Assembly: GCA_964291415.2 (NCBI GenBank)
Contig: OZ219920.1
Location: forward strand, 1,376,001-1,440,000
Direction of reading: 5' to 3'
Length of the DNA stretch: 64,000 bases
From: Alphaproteobacteria bacterium
GTDB lineage: Bacteria > Pseudomonadota > Alphaproteobacteria > SP197
In this document: piece by piece, positions 20,262-29,399 of the stretch
How the letters are laid out: each line of letters starts with the position of its first letter
How positions within the stretch are numbered: position 1 is the first letter of the stretch
Notes under the pieces: generated by a model
The model's database searches: none
Seen by the model: only the letters and a program-made list of their open reading frames with translations
What the model was told of the DNA's origin: nothing
Translations under genes and position numbers: made by a program

Positions 20262-22823
20262 ATGCAGGTCGTTGTCGTTGAGTCTCCTGCCAAGGCGAAG
20301 ACCATCAGCAGGTATCTGGGTCCTGACTACACCGTGCTGGCAAGTTACGGGCACGTCAGCGATCTGCCGTCGCGCGACGGTTCCGTGCGGCCGGAACAGG
20401 ACTTCGAAATGACCTTCGAGACCAGTTCCAGGTCTCTCAAGGCACTCAACACCATCTCCACGGCACTCGACAAGGCCGAGTCCCTGGTTCTCGCCACGGA
20501 CCCCGACCGGGAAGGCGAGGCCATCGCCTGGCATGTGCTGAACTGGCTCAGGGACAAGGGTGCAACGGCGGACCGCGCGGTGAAGCGCGTGGTGTTCAAT
20601 GAAATCACCTCGGACGCCGTGCGCAGCGCGATGGCGGAACCGCGCGACATCGACATGCATCTCGTCGAGGCGCAACTGGCCAGGCGGGCTCTCGACTATC
20701 TCATCGGATTTACCCTGTCGCCGGTGCTCTGGCACAAGCTGCCCGGTTGCGACTGCAAGTCGGCCGGCCGCGTGCAATCCGTGGCGCTGCGCCTGATTTG
20801 CGAGCGCGAGGCGGAAATCGAGCGTTTCGTGCCCCGGGAGTACTGGTCGGTCGATGCCGATCTCGGAACGGCGGGCGGTGCGCTGTTCACCGCACGGCTC
20901 CATAGCCTCGATGGCGTCCGGCTCGAGAAGTTCACCCTGACCGGCGAAGCGATGGCCGGTGAGGCTGCCGCCAGCGTGCGCAGCGGCGCGTTCGCCGTCG
21001 ATTCCGTAGAGCGCAAGAAGGCCAAACGCAATCCTCCGCCCCCCTTCACCACGTCCACCCTGCAGCAGGATGCCTCGCGCAAGTTCGGCTTCAGTGTCCA
21101 GGACACCATGCGCCACGCCCAGCGCCTCTATGAGGGGCGTGACATCGGGGGCGAGACGACCGGCCTCATCACCTACATGCGCACAGACAGTGTCGTCATG
21201 TCCCAGGCGGCGATCCGGGACGCGCGGCGTCTCATTGCCGACTCATTCGGCGACGCCTACCTGCCGGATCGGCAGCGTACCTTCACGACCCGGGCGCGCA
21301 ACGCCCAGGAGGCGCACGAGGCCATCAGGCCCACGGACTTCGCTCGGACTCCCGAGGAGATGGCGCGGTATCTCGAGGACAGGGAAGCACGGCTCTACGC
21401 GCTCATCTGGAAGCGTGCTCTCGCCAGCCAGATGGCCGAGGTTCGTTTCGACCAGACCACTGTCGATATCAGGTCGCCCGCCGACGGCCACGGCGGCCGC
21501 GACATCGGATTGCGCGCCAGCGGTTCGGTGATGGTCTTCGACGGCTTCACCAGGCTTTACCGTGAATCGACCGACGGGAAGGAGAACGACTCGGGCGACA
21601 GGAGATTGCCGGATCTCGCAACGGGAGACCGACTCGAGGTCCGCGAGGTCAGGCCGCAACAGCACTTCACGGAACCGCCACCGCGGCTCACGGAGGCCAC
21701 CCTCGTCAAGCGCCTTGAGGAACTCGGCATAGGCAGGCCTTCGACCTATGCGCCCATCATCGGAGTCCTGAAGGACAAGGAGTACGTCACGCTCGAACGC
21801 AGGCAGTTCCATCCGGCTGACCGCGGACGCCTGCTCGTCGCCTTCCTCGAGACGTTCTTCGGAACCTACGTGCAATACACCTTCACGGCAGACATGGAGC
21901 AGGACCTCGACCGAATCTCCAACGGGAACGCGAACTGGAAGGCCGTGCTGCGTGAATTCTGGGACGCCTTTGAAAGAGTGACGCGTGACACCCGGAACCT
22001 CGACCTGCGGCACATCGTCGAGAGTATCGAACGAATTCTGGAAGACGACATCTATCCGGACCTGGGTGACGGCAACCGGCGTGCCTGCCCGTCCTGCAAG
22101 GACGGCACTCTCAATCTGAAACTGGGCAAGTTTGGCGCCTTTATCGGCTGTTCGGCGTATCCGGACTGCCGCTACACGAAGAATCCCTTCGACAGGAACG
22201 GCAATGCCGCACCGGAGGACAACGAACCGCGCGTCCTTGGCGAGGAGCCGCAGACCGGTCTTCCCGTCACCCTGCGCCATGGCAAGTTCGGACCTTACGT
22301 CCGCAAGGGCGAGGCCGGATCCGGATCGGCGACGGTTTCGGTTCCGGCATCCATGCCGCCATCGACGATGACGCTCGAGACAGCCCTGGCGCTCCTCGCG
22401 CTTCCGAGGGAGGTCGGCGAACATCCCGAAACGGGGTCCGTCATCACGGCCGGTATCGGGCGATACGGTCCCTACCTGAAACACGGTTCGCGTTACATCA
22501 ATCTTCAAGACGACGACGTGCTCACGATAGGACTCAACAGGGCCGTGTCGTTGATCGCCGAAAGCGGAAACACCAGACGAGGGGGGCAGGCTCTCCGGGT
22601 GCTTGGCGAACATCCGGACGATCAGCAGTCTGTCGAGGTGATGAAGGGGCGCTACGGCCCCTATGTCCGGCACAACCGGACCAATGCCTCGCTTCCTGCA
22701 GGAGTCGATCCCGGCGATGTCACTCTCGAAATGGCGCTCGATCTTCTCTCACGCAGGAAGGCCGCGCAGAAGAATCGGCGAAAGCCGCCAAGAAAGGCCA
22801 GGAAATCCGCTCGCGCCACCTGA
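20262..22823 (+). CDS. topA: DNA topoisomerase I
   Basis: VVESPAKAKTI, ATDPDREGE, SAGRVQS and LITYMRTDS, one Zn ribbon, and C-terminal G(K/R)(F/Y)GPY repeats. Confidence 0.98.
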   Translation: MQVVVVESPAKAKTISRYLGPDYTVLASYGHVSDLPSRDGSVRPEQDFEMTFETSSRSLKALNTISTALDKAESLVLATDPDREGEAIAWHVLNWLRDKGATADRAVKRVVFNEITSDAVRSAMAEPRDIDMHLVEAQLARRALDYLIGFTLSPVLWHKLPGCDCKSAGRVQSVALRLICEREAEIERFVPREYWSVDADLGTAGGALFTARLHSLDGVRLEKFTLTGEAMAGEAAASVRSGAFAVDSVERKKAKRNPPPPFTTSTLQQDASRKFGFSVQDTMRHAQRLYEGRDIGGETTGLITYMRTDSVVMSQAAIRDARRLIADSFGDAYLPDRQRTFTTRARNAQEAHEAIRPTDFARTPEEMARYLEDREARLYALIWKRALASQMAEVRFDQTTVDIRSPADGHGGRDIGLRASGSVMVFDGFTRLYRESTDGKENDSGDRRLPDLATGDRLEVREVRPQQHFTEPPPRLTEATLVKRLEELGIGRPSTYAPIIGVLKDKEYVTLERRQFHPADRGRLLVAFLETFFGTYVQYTFTADMEQDLDRISNGNANWKAVLREFWDAFERVTRDTRNLDLRHIVESIERILEDDIYPDLGDGNRRACPSCKDGTLNLKLGKFGAFIGCSAYPDCRYTKNPFDRNGNAAPEDNEPRVLGEEPQTGLPVTLRHGKFGPYVRKGEAGSGSATVSVPASMPPSTMTLETALALLALPREVGEHPETGSVITAGIGRYGPYLKHGSRYINLQDDDVLTIGLNRAVSLIAESGNTRRGGQALRVLGEHPDDQQSVEVMKGRYGPYVRHNRTNASLPAGVDPGDVTLEMALDLLSRRKAAQKNRRKPPRKARKSARAT

Positions 22824-22825
22824 GA

Positions 22826-24742
22826 ATGGGCCGCCGTTCCAGGGACCATGACCGGCGTGACATCGTTGTCGAGGTCATCGACCTCGACGAGGAAGGTCAT
22901 CCTCTGGCGCGCCCCGTCAAGTGGACCGGTCGCGGAGTGCCGCCACTCATCGTACTCGACATGGTCAGCGGCGGAAGGTCCCCTGCGGCAGGGGTCGGAG
23001 ATCTTGCCCTGGTCTCGGTCCGGCGCGGCACGAGCGGTGGACGACGCCATGGCAGGCTGCACCGCATCCTTCCCCGGCCTCCGGCCAGAATAGCCGGCAT
23101 CTACCAGCACATCGGACGCAGCCGTTTCATTGCCAGCACCAGCCGTCGCGAAGACCGCACCTGCGCGGTTGCGGCATGCGATGTCGACTCCGTGAGCCAC
23201 AACGACCTGGTCCTGGCAGAGCCCATCGACGACGGGAGTCTTGGACCGCCCCGCGTCCGCATCACCAGGACACTTGGCAGCTGGAGGAACGCCGGCGCCA
23301 TCAGCCTTGCTGCCATCGCCGCACACGGCATCCCTCTCGAGTTTCCGGACGACGTTCTCGTCGAAGCCAAGGCCGAGACGGCCACGAGCGACGGAGAAGA
23401 CCGCAGCGATCTTGGCGACATCCCGCTCATCACCATCGACGATGACGATGCCCGGGATCACGACGACGCCGTCTTTGCGGAACCGGACGGTGACGGCTGG
23501 TACGTCATCGTCGCCATCGCCGATGTCGCACGCCACGTCCGGCCGGCAAGCGCCCTCGACCGGGAAGCCTTCCTGCGGGGCAACTCGGTCTACTTTCCGG
23601 ACCGGGTGGTGCCCATGCTGCCGGAGGCGCTCTCCAACGACCTGTGTTCCCTCAAACCCGGAGTACCGCGTTCCTGCGTGGCGGCTCACCTGTGGATCAC
23701 CAGCCGAGGGAGGCTGCGACGCTGGCGCTTCCAGCGGGCGGTCATGTGCTCGAGGGCGCGCCTCACCTACGCCGAGGTCGAGGAACACCGCAGCGGACGT
23801 CCATCGGCCGCAACCTCCTCCCTGCCTGACCGGCTCATTGACCATCTCTACGGTGTCTTCCGGGTTCTTCTCGACGCAAGACGTCAGCGCGGCGCCTTCG
23901 AGATCGAGCGGGGAGAACGCAAGGTCACCTTCGACAGTCATGGCCGGATCGGCGAAATCGTTCTCAGACACCGTCTGGACAGTCATCGTCTCATCGAAGA
24001 GCTGATGATCGCGGCCAACGTCGCGGCGGCCCGGGAGATCGCTTCCCGCGGCAAGGCATGCCTGTTCCGGGTTCATGACCGCCCCAGCGATGAAAGACTG
24101 GAAACCCTGCGCACATTCCTTTCGATGCGCGGCCATGGATCCCTTGAGGCACACCGCCCCTCTCCGGGCGATCTTGCCCGTGTTCTGGATCGTGCCGCCG
24201 AGACCGGTGAACGCCAGACGATCGAGGACATCGTGCTGCGCTGTCAGGCCCTGGCAGCATACAGTCCGCTCAACATCGGTCACTTCGGCCTCGCACTCGA
24301 GCAGTACTGCCATTTCACCTCCCCGATCAGACGCTATGCCGATCTCCTGATCCATCGCGCACTCCTCGGTGAAACGCTTCCCGATGACCTCGAGCGCGTG
24401 AGCCGCCATCTTGGCGCCATGGAACGCAGGGCAGTCGGCGCGGAAAGGCATGCCGGTGATCACTACGTCGCCCGGTGGCTTGCAGCCCATGACCATGCCG
24501 TCATGAAGGGCTGCATATCGGGCATCGGCCGATTCGGGATCATCGTCAGGGCCGGATCCATCGAGGCCGAAGGGCTGGTGCCCGCGCGCCACCTGCCGGG
24601 CGGTCCCTTCCGTTATCAGGAATCACGTCAGACATTGCACGGCAAGACAATGCGGTATGCTCTTGGTCAGAAAGTTCAAGTAAGACTTGCAGAGTGCGAC
24701 ATAAACAACGCCTCTCTGCTCTACACGCTTGTTCGTTCCTGA
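22826..24742 (+). CDS. rnr: Ribonuclease R (RNB family)
   Basis: ITIDDDDARDHDDAV, RGNSVYFP and HFTSPIRRYADL; C-terminal S1-like region. Confidence 0.92.
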   Translation: MGRRSRDHDRRDIVVEVIDLDEEGHPLARPVKWTGRGVPPLIVLDMVSGGRSPAAGVGDLALVSVRRGTSGGRRHGRLHRILPRPPARIAGIYQHIGRSRFIASTSRREDRTCAVAACDVDSVSHNDLVLAEPIDDGSLGPPRVRITRTLGSWRNAGAISLAAIAAHGIPLEFPDDVLVEAKAETATSDGEDRSDLGDIPLITIDDDDARDHDDAVFAEPDGDGWYVIVAIADVARHVRPASALDREAFLRGNSVYFPDRVVPMLPEALSNDLCSLKPGVPRSCVAAHLWITSRGRLRRWRFQRAVMCSRARLTYAEVEEHRSGRPSAATSSLPDRLIDHLYGVFRVLLDARRQRGAFEIERGERKVTFDSHGRIGEIVLRHRLDSHRLIEELMIAANVAAAREIASRGKACLFRVHDRPSDERLETLRTFLSMRGHGSLEAHRPSPGDLARVLDRAAETGERQTIEDIVLRCQALAAYSPLNIGHFGLALEQYCHFTSPIRRYADLLIHRALLGETLPDDLERVSRHLGAMERRAVGAERHAGDHYVARWLAAHDHAVMKGCISGIGRFGIIVRAGSIEAEGLVPARHLPGGPFRYQESRQTLHGKTMRYALGQKVQVRLAECDINNASLLYTLVRS

Positions 24743-24758
24743 TAACTTCTGTAATATT

Positions 24759-24773
24759 TTAATGCTTTATTAA
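24759..24773. promoter_or_regulatory. CtrA-type box TTAA-N7-TTAA
   Basis: TTAA-TGCTTTA-TTAA in an AT-rich intergenic patch upstream of a small ORF. Confidence 0.55.
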
Positions 24774-24868
24774 TACGAAGGTTACCGGCTGTACTTCAAG
24801 TGATACCTCGCCGTTTGACGGAGTGCTTCCGACGATGCATCATGAATTGTGCCGGACGGGAGGGCGCC

Positions 24869-25132
24869 ATGGCATTGGCCAGAGAGATTCGCAGCGATGA
24901 TCGCGGTGTTCATGGTCGTCCCACCATCGTCCAGAGACGCTGGCTGATGAAGGGACTCGACCAGCCCGGTGGCAAGCTGCCGCTGTTCGACGAGGTCGGC
25001 CGCGAAGTCGACCCCCGTACCATACGAAGCTGCATACGCCAGGGCTGGGCGGAACCCTGGATCACCAATCCCATCAAGCCTGACTGGCTGGTCTGCCGGC
25101 TGACCGACGCCGGCCGCAGCATCCTCGTCTGA
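24869..25132 (+). CDS. Small hypothetical protein (87 aa)
   Basis: GGAGGG RBS before the ATG; fills the rnr-NUDIX gap; ends in a wing-like CRLTDAGR. Confidence 0.7.
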   Translation: MALAREIRSDDRGVHGRPTIVQRRWLMKGLDQPGGKLPLFDEVGREVDPRTIRSCIRQGWAEPWITNPIKPDWLVCRLTDAGRSILV

Positions 25133-25156
25133 CACGTCCCGTCTGATCCGCCGTCA

Positions 25157-25858
25157 ATGGGTCGGAGTTCGCAACCGGCGCGCGGCGCCAGGCCGCGCGA
25201 TGCCGCCAGCATTGTCCTGCTTCGCGAAACCGGCGACTTGGTCGAAGTGCTGATGGGACGGCGCCGCAAACGTGCGCGGTTTCTTCCGGACATCTACGTG
25301 TTTCCCGGGGGCCGCGTCGATGCTGTCGACAGGAGTGTTGCGGACGACCGGTTTCGCCTGTCGGTGGAGACCGAACGCACCCTGAGACGCGATACCCCGA
25401 ACACCTCCCCGCTGGCCCTTGCATTGGCCGCCATTCGCGAAACCCACGAGGAAACGGGGTATCTGCTGGGTGAGCCTGCATCGGCAGACGCATTCAACCC
25501 CCTGCCCTCGACGCCTTTCTGGAGCGCCTGCCGGGAGGCGAGCATGGTGCCGGACGTGGCCGCTCTCGACTACATCATGCGGGCCCTCACGCCCACCCTG
25601 TCGCCAAGGCGTTTCAACACGCGCTTCTTTCTCGCCGACGGTGCGGCCTGCCAGGGCGACCTGCTCGTTGACGGGGAGCTCGAGGACCTTCACTGGCTGC
25701 CTCTCGACGAGGCCTTTGACCTGCCGATCATCGACGTCACGGAACTCGCCCTGACGACGGCGCGACAGCGCTGGCAGGGCCGGGCACTTGGACTCAAGCC
25801 TGCCACCATTCCCTTCGTGCACTACGTCCGTGACAGTCAGCGGATCGACCACGTCTGA
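25157..25858 (+). CDS. NUDIX hydrolase
   Basis: PRDAASIVL, VFPGGRVD, AAIRETHEETG (split Nudix box) and RRFNTRFF. Confidence 0.9.
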   Translation: MGRSSQPARGARPRDAASIVLLRETGDLVEVLMGRRRKRARFLPDIYVFPGGRVDAVDRSVADDRFRLSVETERTLRRDTPNTSPLALALAAIRETHEETGYLLGEPASADAFNPLPSTPFWSACREASMVPDVAALDYIMRALTPTLSPRRFNTRFFLADGAACQGDLLVDGELEDLHWLPLDEAFDLPIIDVTELALTTARQRWQGRALGLKPATIPFVHYVRDSQRIDHV

Positions 25859-27056
25859 GATTCGTCTGTCGCCTGGCGACAGACGACGATGCCTGATCCT
25901 GCTGATTGCGGCACTGTCGGTCGTCAGCATGACGAGTTCGCTGGTGTGGCCCATTCTCGCCGAATCCCTGAGCAACAGGGGGTACAGCGAGACCGAGATC
26001 AGCATCAGCGCCGCCGTTCAGTTCGCCGGTATCGCCATCGTGTCCCTTGTCGCCACCCGCTTCATTCCGGCGCTGGGAATCCTGGGTTCGATCGGTGTCG
26101 GCCTCGTTTTCGTCGCCATCGCACTCATCGGTCTGCCGCTCTGGCGCGACTACACCGCCTGGTGCGTGCTGAGATTCCTGCTCGGTATCGGCAACGCGCT
26201 GCTGTTCACCGCCGGCGACACCTGGATCAACCAGATTCTCGATGATCGCGTCCGTGGGAGGTGGGTGGGAATCTACACCACCGTCGGCATGGCGGGCTGG
26301 GCTGTCGGACCCCTGGTCGGCGCCAGTCTTGACCCGGAGACCGCCTGGCCCTTCCTGATCGGACTGTCGTCGGTCATCATCACGTCCGTGCTGCTCCTGC
26401 CAACCCGCAGGATCACGTTCACCTTTCCGGTCGAAGATCGCACCCACGCCGGCATCGGCCGACTCATGGTCGTGTTCCTGGCGGCGCCGACCGTGCTGTT
26501 GGCATCGGGGATGTTCGGCATTCTCGAGGGAGGGCTGCAGTCCTTCGCCCACCTCTACACCATGGACGTGATCGGAGAGGAGTTTCGCCAGACGGGATAC
26601 GCCGTCATCTGGGTGGGATCGGTCGGCGCCATCTTCTTCCAGTATCCTGTCGGATGGCTGGCCGACCGCGTTCACCGGGGCTGGCTGCTGGTCGGATGCG
26701 TCTTTGTCATCGCAGCCTGCCTGGCCCTCCTGCCATGGCTCCTCCATGGCGGCACCGGACCCTGGTGGACCGGTCCGGGCCTCCTCCTGTGGTCGGTCCT
26801 CGTCGTCTGGGGCGGCGCCATGGGCGCCGTCTTCACAGTCGGCATCACCCTGCTTGGACAACGCTTCCGTTCCGTCGACCTCGTCGCAGCCAATGCCGTC
26901 TTTTCGCTTCTCTTCGGGATCGGAGGCATGGCAGGGCCGCTGATGGTCGGCATGTCCATGGAGGAATTCGGGCCCCACGGTTTCGTGGGATCCCTCATCA
27001 TCGCCGTCATCCTCTACGGCTGCTTCGCCGCCGCCCGCCAGATCATCCGCCGGTAG
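25830..27056 (+). CDS. MFS transporter
   Basis: About 12 hydrophobic segments, LRFLLGIG and GWLADRVHR; start codon uncertain. Confidence 0.88.
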   Translation: MTVSGSTTSEIRLSPGDRRRCLILLIAALSVVSMTSSLVWPILAESLSNRGYSETEISISAAVQFAGIAIVSLVATRFIPALGILGSIGVGLVFVAIALIGLPLWRDYTAWCVLRFLLGIGNALLFTAGDTWINQILDDRVRGRWVGIYTTVGMAGWAVGPLVGASLDPETAWPFLIGLSSVIITSVLLLPTRRITFTFPVEDRTHAGIGRLMVVFLAAPTVLLASGMFGILEGGLQSFAHLYTMDVIGEEFRQTGYAVIWVGSVGAIFFQYPVGWLADRVHRGWLLVGCVFVIAACLALLPWLLHGGTGPWWTGPGLLLWSVLVVWGGAMGAVFTVGITLLGQRFRSVDLVAANAVFSLLFGIGGMAGPLMVGMSMEEFGPHGFVGSLIIAVILYGCFAAARQIIRR

Positions 27057-27441
27057 CCGTCCCATCCGGTTCGCCAGACAAGCTCCGGCAAGTTCCGCTG
27101 GACGGACCACTCCCAGAGCGACGTCGCCGGTGATGGCCTGCCCCAGTCTCTCCCTGGAGCGACGCGGCGCACGATGTCCGTCTCGCCACGCTTCGCGCCA
27201 GAGGTGATCACGACGCCACCATACAGAAAGCGAGGCCCATTCGAGAGCGCTCGCCAGCATGGCATTGCGACGAGGTGTGGATCCCCGGGAGCGATTCGGA
27301 TCAATCAGACCCTGGGCGCCGCCGGAACCGGTCCACGACAGAAAACAGGTGTCGTCACTTTGGGCGAAGCACTCCGAAGCCGTCGCCAGCCCGACTTGCG
27401 CAATGGTCCTGACCTCCCTTGCCCGTTTCGGAGACAAGGTC

Positions 27442-27468
27442 AATTTCTTGACGAAAAGTCAAAAAATT
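27442..27468. promoter_or_regulatory. 27-bp palindromic operator overlapping a -35-like TTGACG
   Basis: AATTTCTTGAC-GAAAA-GTCAAAAAATT; arms match at 10/11. Confidence 0.65.
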
Positions 27469-27510
27469 GTGATCATTCCCTGCATCCACGTCAGAAGCAG
27501 GGAGGCTTCC

Positions 27511-29103
27511 ATGACAGAGATGCATTTTTCACGCCGTCACCTGATGCAGGCATCGGCGACATCCGTCGCTGCCGCCGGGTTCGCCAGTTTCCTGATGGAC
27601 CCGACGAGCGCATGGGCGCAATCGGAAAGACCGCTCAGGATCCGCAGCAATCGCGCGATCCTGTCGACCGATCCCGGTTACATGATCGGTGGCTTCGAGA
27701 TGGTCCTGCAGTTCACCTGCCTGGCGCGGCTGGCGGACTACACCGGCGGCGACAGCTGGGGCTGGAGACCAAGTCAGTTCGTGAACTCAATCGAACAGGT
27801 CGACGCCCAGACCATCAGCTTCGAACTGAAACCGGGAATCATGTGGTACGACGGCACGACGCACGAGGTCATCGGTGAACTCGATGCGGAGGACGTCAAG
27901 TACTCACTTGAGCGCATGCGCGTATCGGAGTGGAAGGACAAGGCGGTCACGCTTGACCATGTCGAGGTGACCGGCAGTCACACCGGCATCATCCACCTTA
28001 ATCAGCCGTTCGCTCCGATCTGGTACACCTGGTTCTGCGACGGCACGGGCTCGATCGTCTCGAAAAAGGCGGTTGAGGCGGTCGGCGGCACATACGACGG
28101 CATCTTCAACTTCTATTGCGGCCCCTATCGGGTTGCCGAGTGGATCCAGAAACAGAGCTATACGCTGGAACCGAACCCGCATTGGGGTGGCAGGCCGGCC
28201 GCCATCAGCAACGTCAAGTTCTTCATCATCGATGAGGAGAAAACAGCCGAGATCGCCTTCGAGGCCGGCGAAATCGACATCACCGAGATCGCCATCGACG
28301 CGATTCCGCGGCTTCAGGAGGACCCGCCCGAAGGCGCCATCGTCAAGGTCTACTCGGGCACCGCATGGTACTGGATGGGCATGAATACCGATCATCCCAA
28401 TCTGCAGGACATTCGGGTTCGAAAGGCCATCCAGCATGCGGTCGATGTTGACTCGGTCATCGAGGGCGCCTGGGCCGGCGTACCGACGCGTGCGTACGGC
28501 ATCGTGCCTCCGGGATTGATCGGGTACCGCACCGAGGGCAAGTACCAGACGCCCGATCCGGATGCGGCACGCGCGCTGATTGCCGAAGCCGGTGCCGAAG
28601 GCCGGACGATCACCTTGAAGACGATCAACAGCGCCGACCGCATTGCGGCCGCCCAGATCATCCAGGCGAACCTGGCCGATGTCGGGCTGGAACTCGAAAT
28701 CGTTCCCATGGACGCAGGCCCGTTCTGGAATCTTGGCCTGGAGACCGAGGGAGACGAGTGGAAGGACCTGGAGTTGTGGATCATAGAATACGGCGACTCG
28801 CCTGATCCCAGCCAGATGGTCCAGTGGTACATCTCCGATCAGGTCGGCATCTGGAACTGGGAGCGCTGGTCCGATCCCCAGTTCGATGAACTGTACGCGG
28901 CCGGCCTGGGCGAGACCGATGAGGTCAAGCGTCACGACATCTACGTCAGGATGCAGGAGATCATGGAGGACACCGGCGCATACGTATGGCTCATTTTCCC
29001 GCCCCAGGGCGTGATGTATCACGAGGACCTGGAACCCGCGATACAGCCCAATGGCGCCTTGTGGTACGTGGCGGATTTCGAGTGGAAGGACGACGCAACC
29101 TGA
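27511..29103 (+). CDS. ABC transporter solute-binding protein family 5 (peptide/opine/nickel type), Tat-like signal, orphan
   Basis: SRRHLM signal, AEDVKYSLER, GPYRV..W and DIRVRKAIQHAVD; GGAGG RBS. Confidence 0.92.
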   Translation: MTEMHFSRRHLMQASATSVAAAGFASFLMDPTSAWAQSERPLRIRSNRAILSTDPGYMIGGFEMVLQFTCLARLADYTGGDSWGWRPSQFVNSIEQVDAQTISFELKPGIMWYDGTTHEVIGELDAEDVKYSLERMRVSEWKDKAVTLDHVEVTGSHTGIIHLNQPFAPIWYTWFCDGTGSIVSKKAVEAVGGTYDGIFNFYCGPYRVAEWIQKQSYTLEPNPHWGGRPAAISNVKFFIIDEEKTAEIAFEAGEIDITEIAIDAIPRLQEDPPEGAIVKVYSGTAWYWMGMNTDHPNLQDIRVRKAIQHAVDVDSVIEGAWAGVPTRAYGIVPPGLIGYRTEGKYQTPDPDAARALIAEAGAEGRTITLKTINSADRIAAAQIIQANLADVGLELEIVPMDAGPFWNLGLETEGDEWKDLELWIIEYGDSPDPSQMVQWYISDQVGIWNWERWSDPQFDELYAAGLGETDEVKRHDIYVRMQEIMEDTGAYVWLIFPPQGVMYHEDLEPAIQPNGALWYVADFEWKDDAT

Positions 29104-29123
29104 ACCGCGCGTGACTCGCGAAG

Positions 29124-29157
29124 GCCCCCGGCATCCCGGTGCCGGGGGCTTTCTTTT
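29124..29157 (+). terminator. Rho-independent terminator
   Basis: GCCCCCGGCA / TGCCGGGGGC 10-bp stem with a 6-nt loop, followed by TTTCTTTT. Confidence 0.9.
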
Positions 29158-29399
29158 GCAATATGCGTGCCTGACTGAATACACTGTTGTTCTTCAAACT
29201 ATTCTTTCTTCATGTCTTCCCGTGCCGAATGTTCCTTGCACGAAAATGCAACGTGTCCCGTGATGAGCATGGACTTCGTCCCCAGCACAGTTTTTCGTGG
29301 TGGCGGATTTCATCTCCTGAATATTGATTGAATTCAGAATCCGTCGCTCAACCACTTGCAGTATTCCGTTCGACCCAATCAAGTTCCGGAGACTGGGAC

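Noticed and set aside
22200-22760. Repeated G(K/R)(F/Y)GPY units in the TopA C-terminus
   Set aside because: These are the known topoisomerase C-terminal repeats.
27057-27440. Possible gene remnant or island attachment site after the MFS gene
   Set aside because: No recognisable protein motif in any frame, and no matching repeat seen before rpmG.
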